In this document: positions 19,039 through 28,324 of the stretch, one piece after another
How the letters are laid out: the number at the start of each line of letters is the position of its first letter
How positions within the stretch are numbered: the stretch's first letter is position 1
NCBI GenBank assembly: GCA_017630405.1
Contig: JAGBVH010000009.1
Coordinates: 14,149-78,148, forward strand
Reading direction: 5' to 3'
Length of the DNA stretch: 64,000 nt
Source: Alphaproteobacteria bacterium
GTDB lineage: Bacteria; Pseudomonadota; Alphaproteobacteria; Rs-D84
The notes under the pieces: model-generated
Told to the model about the DNA's origin: nothing
Seen by the model: the letters and a program-made list of their open reading frames with translations, nothing else
The model's database searches: none
Translations under genes and position numbers: made by a program

Positions 19039-19089
19039 TTACCCCCCCTTTATGTTATATTTATCCCTATTATATCACGAAGCACGCAA

Positions 19090-20190
19090 CTACGCAACTT
19101 TCTTAATATCAGATTTAATACTGCGCACATATTTACGCAATTCATCAATCGCAACCAATGAACCATCGCGTTTTTCAGCCGACCAATAGTCCCAGCCATT
19201 AAAACTGACACTGCGCTGCAGTTTTGCCGCCATAACATGAATAGAAGCCTTGCCATACAACGGATGCGTCAATTGACCATCACGCGTTATCATCACACGT
19301 TCGCCACGCGGACTGACCAATGTTTGACCAACATACAACAGGCCGCCATCAATCAATTCTTTGAACGCAACACGAACTTCATCGCGCTTTGGCTTAGCAA
19401 CTTCAATATCCGACAAATCAATTGATGTCACAGAATTTACACGCGCACGCGCCGCCAGCGCATAGGACTCTTCGCGTTCAATACCGATAAATTGACGGCC
19501 CAGTTCCTTGGCCACAGCCGCGGTTGTGCCACTGCCCACAAATGGGTCAAGAATAATATCGCCAGCCTTGGTCGAAGATAAAATCACACGACGCAATAAA
19601 TCCATTGGCTTTTGCGTATTATGTAAACTTTTGCCCGCCGCATCTTTGACACGCTCTTCGCCCAGACAAATATTGATATCCCAGTCCGAGCGCATCTGTT
19701 TGCCGCCATTGAATTTCTTCATCGTTTCATAATTAAAAGTATATTTACCGGTCTTGGTCGGCGTGGCCCAGATTAATGTTTCATGCGCATTGGTAAAGCG
19801 CGTACCACGAAAATTCGGCATAGGATTTGTTTTTACCCAAACAATGTCATTTAAAATCCAAAAGCCCAAATCCTGTAATATTGCGCCAACGCGAAAGATA
19901 TTGTGATAACTGCCGATTGTCCACATTGCGCCATTTGGTTTTAGAACGCGTTTACATTCTGCCAACCAAGCGCGCGTAAATTCATCATAGGCCGCAGATG
20001 ATTCAAAGGAATCCCATTCGTCACGAACCGCGCGGGCCGCCGTTTGATCTTCGGGTCTATATAATGTTTTAGCACCCAATTGCAAATTGTATGGAGGATC
20101 TGCGAAGACAGCATCGACTGAGCCATCCGGAATACGGCGCATCATCTCGATACAGTCACCTAATAAAATTTGATTTAAGAAGCGTTCCAT
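19090..20190 (-). CDS. ccrM: Cell-cycle adenine DNA methyltransferase CcrM (GANTC)
   Basis: FADPPYNLQL, GSYHNIFRVG, NPMPNFRGTRFTNAHETLIW, DPFVGSGTT, C-terminal SIH...NGWDYW domain; no cognate nuclease nearby. Confidence 0.93.
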   Translation of the reverse strand: MERFLNQILLGDCIEMMRRIPDGSVDAVFADPPYNLQLGAKTLYRPEDQTAARAVRDEWDSFESSAAYDEFTRAWLAECKRVLKPNGAMWTIGSYHNIFRVGAILQDLGFWILNDIVWVKTNPMPNFRGTRFTNAHETLIWATPTKTGKYTFNYETMKKFNGGKQMRSDWDINICLGEERVKDAAGKSLHNTQKPMDLLRRVILSSTKAGDIILDPFVGSGTTAAVAKELGRQFIGIEREESYALAARARVNSVTSIDLSDIEVAKPKRDEVRVAFKELIDGGLLYVGQTLVSPRGERVMITRDGQLTHPLYGKASIHVMAAKLQRSVSFNGWDYWSAEKRDGSLVAIDELRKYVRSIKSDIKKVA

Positions 20191-20358
20191 CTCTCTCGCA
20201 CATCCCTGTAAAGACATTTTATCACATTTTGGTAATTATTTTTTTGCACCCGATTCGTTTTTTTTAAATAAAAGGCTTGATTTTTATAAAAATGTCATTT
20301 TTTGTTGAAAATAAATTCTGCTTGCCAACAAGGGATTTGATTGCTACCGTATATAACT

Positions 20359-20859
20359 ATGAGATGCCCATACTGCAATTCTACAGAAAGTCGCGTGACG
20401 GATTCTCGTCCAGACACAGAAGACGCTATTATTCGCCGCCGCCGCGTGTGCGAACAGTGCGGCGCTAAATTCACAACGGTTGAACGCATACAAATGCGCG
20501 ATTTGATGGTGCGCAAAAATAGCGGAAAGCTAGAGGCTTTTGACCGCGAAAAATTGCGTCGTAGCATCAAATTGGCGTGCCGAAATCGCGATGTAGGTGA
20601 CGAACAAATTGAAAAGTTGGTCACTTCAATTCATCGCCGTCTAGAAACAGAAACCACAGATGATGCAGTCACCAGTGTTATGGTTGGGCAAATGGTGTCG
20701 GATTCTTTGTTAAATCTTGACCCTATCGCATTCGTTCGCTTTGCATCTGTTTATCGCAAATTTTCGCGCATTGCGGACTTTAAAAAAATCATTGATCAAA
20801 TCCCAGAAGATGACGAAGGGGCGGTGGTTTGCAAACTGCCGAAAACATCGCTGTTCTAG
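20359..20859 (+). CDS. nrdR: Transcriptional repressor NrdR
   Basis: MRCPYC, DSR, IRRRRVCEQC, ATP-cone, AFVRFASVY. Confidence 0.96.
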   Translation: MRCPYCNSTESRVTDSRPDTEDAIIRRRRVCEQCGAKFTTVERIQMRDLMVRKNSGKLEAFDREKLRRSIKLACRNRDVGDEQIEKLVTSIHRRLETETTDDAVTSVMVGQMVSDSLLNLDPIAFVRFASVYRKFSRIADFKKIIDQIPEDDEGAVVCKLPKTSLF

Positions 20860-20863
20860 AAAC

Positions 20864-22588
20864 ATGAAAAAAATTCATACATTTTTTACGACAATGTTTC
20901 TGTCGCTGCCGGTGTGGGCGGCTGATTTGCCTATGGTTCTGACGGATTTTGATGCCAGCCTGTACGAACAAATTTTTATATTGCAGGACAAAGAAAAAAT
21001 TAACACCGCAATCAAGGTTCAACAACAGATTGCAGACCCATTGTTGATGAACGAGGTTTTATACCAACGATATATTTCAAAAACATATCACACACGTGGC
21101 AAGGAAATCGCAGACTGGCAAAGTAAATACTATAATATGCCAGGTGCACAGCGTATGGAAAAACTGGCCAAGATAAAACAGGCAACTGTGCGCAAGGCGG
21201 CGGTTCCAAATATTATTACAGGCCGTGAATCAATCGAAACAGCGCAGTCTGAAACATGGACCGCAAAAAAATACACAGGCAGTACAGACAAGAAAATATC
21301 CGAATTCAAACGCGCAATCCGCAGTGGCAGCACCAAGACCGCACGCAATATTCTTGAAGACAGAGCATTTAAGAAAAAATTAACAGAATCCGACTATGGT
21401 CGTTTGGCGGGCCGCCTGTCATATATATACTATACGAACGGCGAATTCGAATTATCAAAAAAATGGGGTTTTGTTGCTTCGGACGCAAATTCTGAATACG
21501 GATTGTGGTCAATGGGCTTATTGTACTTCAAGGAAGAAAATTATGCCGAATCCCAGAAATATTTCAGCCGCATCTTGGAACTTGAACAAATAAATAACGC
21601 CAGAAAGACCGAGGCCGCATTCTGGGCCGGTCGCGCCGCTGATTTCAAGGGCGACCGCACAACCGCGCAGAAATACTGGACGGTTGCCGCGACACATCCT
21701 ATGTCGTTCTATGGCGCATTGTCGGCAACCATGCTGGGGCGCACACCAGAATACGAATTCTTTGAACAAGATGCAACCGACGAAGATATGCAAGAACTGT
21801 TGCAAACAAAATACGGCAAAATGGCATTGGCGTTGATGCAGGTTGGCCGCAAAGACAGGGCCGAAGAATACCTTAAATACCTGATAACGCCCAAGGCGTC
21901 GGACCGTTTGTTGCATGCTATCAATTCTGTGGCCACAGAGTACAGCATGCCACGCTTGTCCATACAATCCGCCAGCGTAATCAAGGACCGCGGTATTTTG
22001 GAAATCGATGACGATATTATTTATTCCGCACAATATCCGTTGCCGGACTGGGAACCAATGGGTGGCTGGTCAATTGACCGCGCATTGTTGCTGGCCATTA
22101 CAAAACAGGAAAGCAATTTCCGTGTGGGTGCAAAATCCGGCGTGGGTGCCAATGGCCTTATGCAGATTATGCCAAGCACCGCCAAACGCGTTGCGCGCGC
22201 AAATAAACTGGATATTTCACAAATGGATATGAGCAACCCGGAACACAATATGTTCCTTGGACAGCAGTATATCGTTGACCTGTTGGGACATCAGAATATC
22301 GAAAACAATATTATCAAGATGCTGGCGGCATATAACGCAGGTATGGGAACGTTGGTTAAATTTGAAAAATCATTCTACACATACGATCCATTGTTATATA
22401 TCGAAAGTTTCCCAGCATATGAAACACGCAGTTATATTAAACGCGTAATGTCCAACCTGTGGTTGTATCGTGCACGTCTTGACCAGCCACTGACCGCACT
22501 GGAAGAACTGGCAAACGGCAACTGGCCATTGTACAACAGTCAAGACGAATATGTTCAGCAACAAATCGCAGAACGTATGACGATTTAA
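20864..22588 (+). CDS. Soluble lytic transglycosylase (Slt family, TPR plus SLT domain)
   Basis: KQESNF, GANGLMQIMPSTA, AAYNAG, ETRSYIKRV. Confidence 0.92.
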   Translation: MKKIHTFFTTMFLSLPVWAADLPMVLTDFDASLYEQIFILQDKEKINTAIKVQQQIADPLLMNEVLYQRYISKTYHTRGKEIADWQSKYYNMPGAQRMEKLAKIKQATVRKAAVPNIITGRESIETAQSETWTAKKYTGSTDKKISEFKRAIRSGSTKTARNILEDRAFKKKLTESDYGRLAGRLSYIYYTNGEFELSKKWGFVASDANSEYGLWSMGLLYFKEENYAESQKYFSRILELEQINNARKTEAAFWAGRAADFKGDRTTAQKYWTVAATHPMSFYGALSATMLGRTPEYEFFEQDATDEDMQELLQTKYGKMALALMQVGRKDRAEEYLKYLITPKASDRLLHAINSVATEYSMPRLSIQSASVIKDRGILEIDDDIIYSAQYPLPDWEPMGGWSIDRALLLAITKQESNFRVGAKSGVGANGLMQIMPSTAKRVARANKLDISQMDMSNPEHNMFLGQQYIVDLLGHQNIENNIIKMLAAYNAGMGTLVKFEKSFYTYDPLLYIESFPAYETRSYIKRVMSNLWLYRARLDQPLTALEELANGNWPLYNSQDEYVQQQIAERMTI

Positions 22589-22630
22589 AAAGCCCCGCGT
22601 ATGCGGGATTTTTTTGTGGGACACAAGATA

Positions 22631-22795
22631 AGAGTTACAAAAGAAATAATGACCTTGGGTCCAAGGTTATAAAATCCCTAATCTGTGCGTGTATGCGCAA
22701 AACCTAGGTTCTGGGCTCAAGGTTATCGTTCCGCTATACTAAACAAACTCTCTGACCAGCCCGCCCGTTGGGCACACCCAACGGAGAGGAACTCT
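22631..22795 (-). ncRNA. Candidate structured non-coding RNA (6S-like size, family unassigned)
   Basis: GC-richer intergenic block bounded by two terminators, several perfect hairpins, complementary ends; strand is tentative. Confidence 0.45.
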
Positions 22796-22834
22796 ACTTT
22801 GTCACTCTTGCGTAGGAAAGGCAATTTTTACATA

Positions 22835-22862
22835 AAAAATCCCCCAGATGGGGGATTTTTTA
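22835..22862. terminator. Intrinsic terminator
   Basis: aaaaATCCCCC-agat-GGGGGATtttt. Confidence 0.8.
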
Positions 22863-25088
22863 TTCTGTTGTTGCATCTTCGCACTGAAGTATTATTTCCA
22901 AAGTATCATACAGACTCGAGATAGAGGAAGCGCTTGTTACTTCATCACCATTTTTGTCCAGATACTTCCAACCACTGAATGTTTTGCCTTCTGCCATTTT
23001 CAGATCAGATTCTGCTGGGAATGTTAATGTTACATTCAGTTCAGCATATGGATTTGGTTCATTTTCCCAACCTGTCGCACAACCGTTAAAGTCGTATGTA
23101 ACAGCCACCCATTTACTGCCGGACGCTTCCTTCATCGCAGCGTCTATAACTTCCTGCTTGGCTGCACCAGATACACTTGCGCAGGTATCGATATATGATC
23201 TACATGCCTTTTGTGCAGCGGTCTGATTTACCGAAACACCATTAGCAGACAAGCATGTTGAAACATTTTCGATACAGTCTTCTGCGTAATCCGCCAGAAC
23301 TTCGTCCTGTGCGACTTTTATCTTTATCATTGTACGCTTCAGATATTCTTCTACAACCTTGTTAGATTTGTTGTATGCGCTTTTCTTGTTCTTGGTTGTG
23401 TATGTATATTGCTGACACTGATTCAGAACACCCGAGCACATACCATACGCTTTACCCTCTTCGATATAGCCAATCTTTTCCTGAAGGAATGCAGCCATTA
23501 CACCCCTGTTACTGGAGTTGTAGTCTTTGCCCAGATATGTCGCCACATATTCATCAACATTACCGTCCTTGGACCATGGACTTATAGAATTATATTTCCA
23601 TGTTTCATAAATGCCTGTTGTACCAACGCTGCCGCTTGTGCCCGGCGTCGAGCCCGCAACAACATTACCACTGGCGATATATTTACCCGTTGGATCCAAA
23701 CATTCTTCATAGTCAGAACCGCAAACAAATTCATCCTGCATACATTTATCCAATTCCTGGATACATTCCAACAGATTGAACTGATTCTTTTGCTGGTCAA
23801 CCAACAAACGAGCACGTTGCAGAACACTGCGCGCATTACGTACGGTGTTGGTCATATTGTCATTTGCTTCTTCCAGAGAGCGTTCATAGATTAAGCACTG
23901 TTTATCAATTTCCAAATCGTATGAATTTGTAATAACCGACACATCCACGCCCTGGGCAGAACATGTGTCCAGAACAGATGCTTTGCAACGCGCACTTGCA
24001 GTCTTATAAAGCGTTTCGCCGCGTTGATTATTGATACTGGATGTATTAGTACCACCCCCCAACAAAACCGAGAAGTCAACAATTCCACCACTAAAATTCA
24101 CACCGTCCAACAGACCCGCAAAGTCCATTGTCAAACCATTTGTGCCAACATTTGCGGTACCAGATTTAACCTCTACCAATCCGTCACCGATTTTCATAAT
24201 CATATTCTTTAATTGGGTATTGTCGGTGTTGGACTGCATTGCGGATTCAGCCTCGGTCTGAGAGAACAATGTTTCAATTTGATCGCCCGTCAAACCAATA
24301 TATTGAATCTGTTGCGCAACTTCCTGTAAAGCCTGAGTCGCGGACTTCAATGCCTCTTCTGTTTTTTCATAGTTCTTTAAATTCTTGGAGCAACTACAAC
24401 GGCCCTGATTTTCATCCAGAACATCACAATAGTTATCCATACACTGGGTGTATTGAGCCTTGCAATAATCAGTCAGCTGTGCCATTTCGTCAGCATTCGA
24501 AACCATAGTTGCCGCGTCCGTTGCCGCGATTGTTGCATTGGATATAGTTGCAACCGGCATACGGGCACGCAAAGTCGAGGAACGGGTCGAAGCACCAACA
24601 CGACCTGAATACAAAGACTGGTTCACAGTATCTGTTTGAACGATTGACGCACGCGCAGCAACCGCAGGTTTAGCAGTTGTAGTTGCGGCACTGCGTGCAG
24701 TAACAGTTTTTCCTGCGATAGCGGATTTTATCTTGCGTGTTGCGCGGGATTTAGCAGCACGAGCAACCGTAGCAGGATCCCTTGCTGGGCGCGCAGTCGT
24801 TGTACGCGAAGCAACACCACGTCCAGACGCACTGCGAGTTGTAACGTTAGACTGACCAGTTGGTACCGCACGCGAAGCAATACGTCCAGACGCACGCGCA
24901 GATGGAGCAGAAGCAACAACAGGCTTTTCAACAACCTTTGTTTCGGCAACTTCGTCCACAACAGCGTCATCAGACGGCATTATTTCCGCATCTGAATATT
25001 CCATTATTTCATCGTAGTATACGGGCGCAACCTCAGCAAATGCGGGCAACACCAGCAATCCACTTAATACGACAACCAGTCTTTTCAT
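22860..25088 (-). CDS. Large exported Cys-rich protein with Arg/Ala/Thr-rich N-terminus and an InlB-B/Flg_new-like C-terminal repeat
   Basis: Signal peptide, CxxxYxxCMDxxC motifs, C-terminal VTYDFNG...GKTFSGW. Confidence 0.8.
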   Translation of the reverse strand: MKRLVVVLSGLLVLPAFAEVAPVYYDEIMEYSDAEIMPSDDAVVDEVAETKVVEKPVVASAPSARASGRIASRAVPTGQSNVTTRSASGRGVASRTTTARPARDPATVARAAKSRATRKIKSAIAGKTVTARSAATTTAKPAVAARASIVQTDTVNQSLYSGRVGASTRSSTLRARMPVATISNATIAATDAATMVSNADEMAQLTDYCKAQYTQCMDNYCDVLDENQGRCSCSKNLKNYEKTEEALKSATQALQEVAQQIQYIGLTGDQIETLFSQTEAESAMQSNTDNTQLKNMIMKIGDGLVEVKSGTANVGTNGLTMDFAGLLDGVNFSGGIVDFSVLLGGGTNTSSINNQRGETLYKTASARCKASVLDTCSAQGVDVSVITNSYDLEIDKQCLIYERSLEEANDNMTNTVRNARSVLQRARLLVDQQKNQFNLLECIQELDKCMQDEFVCGSDYEECLDPTGKYIASGNVVAGSTPGTSGSVGTTGIYETWKYNSISPWSKDGNVDEYVATYLGKDYNSSNRGVMAAFLQEKIGYIEEGKAYGMCSGVLNQCQQYTYTTKNKKSAYNKSNKVVEEYLKRTMIKIKVAQDEVLADYAEDCIENVSTCLSANGVSVNQTAAQKACRSYIDTCASVSGAAKQEVIDAAMKEASGSKWVAVTYDFNGCATGWENEPNPYAELNVTLTFPAESDLKMAEGKTFSGWKYLDKNGDEVTSASSISSLYDTLEIILQCEDATTE

Positions 25089-25264
25089 AGCTAAACCTTT
25101 CCCTCTTTTATAATAATTTTAACATAACGGTAAATTTATAGCAAACAAAAAAACACATAAAATCTTTTGTTTTTTCCGAAAAGATTCCTAATTCATTAAA
25201 AAATATAATGAATTTTGCTTGCCAGTATGATATCCTTCTACTATAATTGCTTTTAACACAAAGG

Positions 25265-26863
25265 ATGATTAAATTGTCACTGGTAAAAAAAGTTTCTGCA
25301 TGCGTTTTAGCACTACCATTGATTGGATGCACAACGGTCCCAACCAGCACTTTTGATGCGCGATTGAACGGATATCAGCCCAAGGTAACATCGGCAGATT
25401 TTGACTATGACCCATACGAAACACCAATCGCACAATGCTATGCATCGGAACTGGCCGCAAACAGTGACATATCCGGCGCAACACTAATCGAGGATGGATT
25501 GTCCGCATTTGTTGTGCGCGCCGCTTTCGCACGCATGGCAACAAAAACAATCGACCTGCAGACATATATTTACAGTAACGACTTTTCGTCCAAGGTACTG
25601 ATTGGCGAATTAAAAAAAGCCGCGGACCGCGGGGTCAAGGTACGCATTTTATTGGACGACTATGGCACCAAATCCGACATCGTTGATGTTATGCTGTTGA
25701 ACCAACATCCTAATATCGAGGTCAAGGTTTTCAACACCGTACGCAACCGTTCCAAGATTTTATATTACCCACAGTTTTTGACGGACTTTAACCGCCTTAA
25801 TTCGCGTATGCACAACAAACTGTTTATCGTGGACAATGTCGCATACATTACCGGTGGCCGAAATGTGGGCAGCAATTATTTCTATCCCGAAACAGCATCA
25901 AACTTTTCTGACACCGATGTTTTGTTTATCGGCGATATGACCAGATACGCAACACAAAGTTTTAACGAATACTGGCAGCATCACTTGTCGATTCCTGCGG
26001 ATGTTTTTCCAAAAGCAAAATCAAAATCTGCTTTGCGGAAACTGGAACGCGACTTCCAAGAAATCCAACGCGAAAGCGCCGATGGAATCAAACAATACAA
26101 CAATATCATTATGTTGGCACAGGACGAATATAAACACAAAAAATTCGACTTTAGTTGGGGACGCGGCAAATTCTTGGCCGATCCACCAGAAAAGGTGGAA
26201 ATGTCCATGGATGAAAAAGAACAATATCGCGGCGATATAATCAAGGCACTGCAACACCTGTGGAATAAAACCACAGATTCTGTGTATATGTCTGCGGCAT
26301 ACTTTGTACCAGGCCAAGGTGGGTTGGAGCATATTCTGCGCGAAGAAGATTCCGGCGTACATATGACAATCGTGACAAATTCATTGGCATCAACCAATGC
26401 ACCAACTGTATATGCCAAGTGGGAAAAATATCGCGAGCAGTTAATTAAATCAGGCGCGGATGTCTATGAATTTATGGTGTCGGCGGAAAATCTGCGTGGC
26501 AAAGTACATGACCGCGAAAGAAAACAATCAAGTTTTTCTGTACTGCACAGCAAAACCATGGTGTTTGATGACGATATTTCTTGGATTGGCAGTTTTAACC
26601 TGGATCCACGCAGCGCATATTACAACACCGAAAATGTTGCAATATTCGAAAGTCGTGACTTTGCAAAAAAACTGCGCGATATGATTATCAGCGACACAAA
26701 AACCTCTTGGCGCGTGACGCTTGATAAAAACAACAATCCAGTCTGGACCGGCATGCGCCCCGGGGACACCAAACCACGCACACACAAATGTGCGCCAGAT
26801 ACCAGCCTGATGCGCAGATTGTGGAAATCGATATGTAATCTGGTCCCAGAAAAGTTTGTGTAA
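25265..26863 (+). CDS. Phospholipase D family lipoprotein (cardiolipin synthase ClsC-like)
   Basis: Two HKD motifs (HNKLFIVD, HSKTMVFD), GSFNLDPRS, lipobox LIGC. Confidence 0.9.
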   Translation: MIKLSLVKKVSACVLALPLIGCTTVPTSTFDARLNGYQPKVTSADFDYDPYETPIAQCYASELAANSDISGATLIEDGLSAFVVRAAFARMATKTIDLQTYIYSNDFSSKVLIGELKKAADRGVKVRILLDDYGTKSDIVDVMLLNQHPNIEVKVFNTVRNRSKILYYPQFLTDFNRLNSRMHNKLFIVDNVAYITGGRNVGSNYFYPETASNFSDTDVLFIGDMTRYATQSFNEYWQHHLSIPADVFPKAKSKSALRKLERDFQEIQRESADGIKQYNNIIMLAQDEYKHKKFDFSWGRGKFLADPPEKVEMSMDEKEQYRGDIIKALQHLWNKTTDSVYMSAAYFVPGQGGLEHILREEDSGVHMTIVTNSLASTNAPTVYAKWEKYREQLIKSGADVYEFMVSAENLRGKVHDRERKQSSFSVLHSKTMVFDDDISWIGSFNLDPRSAYYNTENVAIFESRDFAKKLRDMIISDTKTSWRVTLDKNNNPVWTGMRPGDTKPRTHKCAPDTSLMRRLWKSICNLVPEKFV

Positions 26864-26879
26864 CACAAAGACTCTATGC

Positions 26880-26915
26880 CCTGGGTCCTGGGGTGGGGCC
26901 CCAGGATGACAAAAA
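26880..26915. repeat. REP-like palindrome (GTCA-type), copy 1
   Basis: TCCTGGGG-tgggg-CCCCAGGA-TGAC. Confidence 0.7.
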
Positions 26916-26994
26916 ATTTTCAATTTTTGTTAAAACGGTTTTGGTTTAATAAACATATAAAAACCCCGCTGACGCGGGGATTTTTAAGAAACGA

Positions 26995-28071
26995 TTATGA
27001 TATTGGGGTAACAACTCCTCCAATCTCTGTATCCCCCGGGTTAACAACAATCCCAGAATCATCATCTTCATAATAACAATCCTCGACAAAACCTTTGTTA
27101 CCTGTTTCATCACCAACCGTAAATGTACCAGCCGGCACAAAACAGCTTCCTATGCCAGCTGCCGGCGCAACCGATGTTGCATACTCGTTACCGGTTTTTT
27201 CGGCACAGGATAGACAAGATGTAGCACCAGACGCAGCGTTCGTATAACTGCCATCCGGACACGCGGTACATGACATTGCACTCGCTTCTGACGAATAATA
27301 GCCAGCCGAACATTTGGTACAATTAAGTTGGACTTCTAATCCTACCTTACTAAGGGTACCATAATATCCAGCCACACATCTATATTCTGTGTTCGTTGTA
27401 CAACTCCCACTGGAGCACTTAGGCACCGTTCTGGACTGCTTACCCATTAAAGCAAGCCCCCAAGCTGACGCTGTACCACAGTCAGCGTCAGAACTACAAA
27501 CGATGGTATCATCTAACTCGCCAGAAAAACTTTTGCAACCTTGATATGTCATCGTGCAACCACTTGGTGCGGTTACTGTTACGGACCCAACAGTAGGTGT
27601 AGTACCATCCAAATTCGTAAGACAGGTACCACAATCGGCCACACAGTACTTAGGGGTACCGGATGTACATCTATACGAGGTGTCCGCACGCATACAACTT
27701 GAGTCCGCATCGGAAGCAACTAAATGCTGCGCATCGCTAGGAAGCTGTATGTAAGTCGTGGTGTAACATTCTTGACCTCCAGTTGACGCATCAAGAAGAC
27801 AAGAATAATAGCTAATTGTACAGCCAGATGAATCAGTATAAACTTGTTGTGTGCGGGTATATCCAGATGAGCAAGCACTACAATTCTTAATACAGTTACC
27901 ATTATAATATATATCGGTATAAGATGTACACCCTAGAGTCCCCCCCACAGGACTAGTATCCACCGAGCAAGCGAGATTAGAGTTATAAGCACACGTTGCG
28001 GCGGATGCGCTTGATGTAAATGTTGCGATTGTTAAAACAGCCAATAAAGACAGAAAAAACTTGGATTTCAT
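26995..28071 (-). CDS. Exported very Cys-rich protein with GCC2/GCC3 (ephrin-receptor-like) repeats
   Basis: Signal peptide; CxAGYYG, CTKCSAGYYS and CTACPDGSYT modules. Confidence 0.85.
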   Translation of the reverse strand: MKSKFFLSLLAVLTIATFTSSASAATCAYNSNLACSVDTSPVGGTLGCTSYTDIYYNGNCIKNCSACSSGYTRTQQVYTDSSGCTISYYSCLLDASTGGQECYTTTYIQLPSDAQHLVASDADSSCMRADTSYRCTSGTPKYCVADCGTCLTNLDGTTPTVGSVTVTAPSGCTMTYQGCKSFSGELDDTIVCSSDADCGTASAWGLALMGKQSRTVPKCSSGSCTTNTEYRCVAGYYGTLSKVGLEVQLNCTKCSAGYYSSEASAMSCTACPDGSYTNAASGATSCLSCAEKTGNEYATSVAPAAGIGSCFVPAGTFTVGDETGNKGFVEDCYYEDDDSGIVVNPGDTEIGGVVTPIS

Positions 28072-28205
28072 ATTATCCCACCCTTCCCTTTTTTATTATT
28101 ACAAAGTGATTCTAGCACAGTGAAAAAATTATGACAATCGAAAAATTTATATTTTTGTTTATATTAAAACAATTTAATATTTTGTTTTTGTGTGCGGATT
28201 GATAA

Positions 28206-28278
28206 CCTGAATCCTGGGGTTCTTACTTCGCCAAGGCTTCGTATGACAGGCTGGCCACAGGATGACAAAAACTGTCAT
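28206..28278. repeat. REP-like palindrome, copy 2, with an inserted hairpin in its loop
   Basis: TCCTGGGG-[tacttcgccaaggcttcgta...]-CCACAGGA-TGACaaaaa. Confidence 0.65.
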
Positions 28279-28324
28279 TTTTGTTTTAGGAAAATCAAAA
28301 TAAAAATCCCCCAAGGGGGGATTG

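Noticed and set aside
19090-20190. Restriction-modification system
   Set aside because: Orphan methyltransferase with CcrM-specific motifs and no adjacent endonuclease
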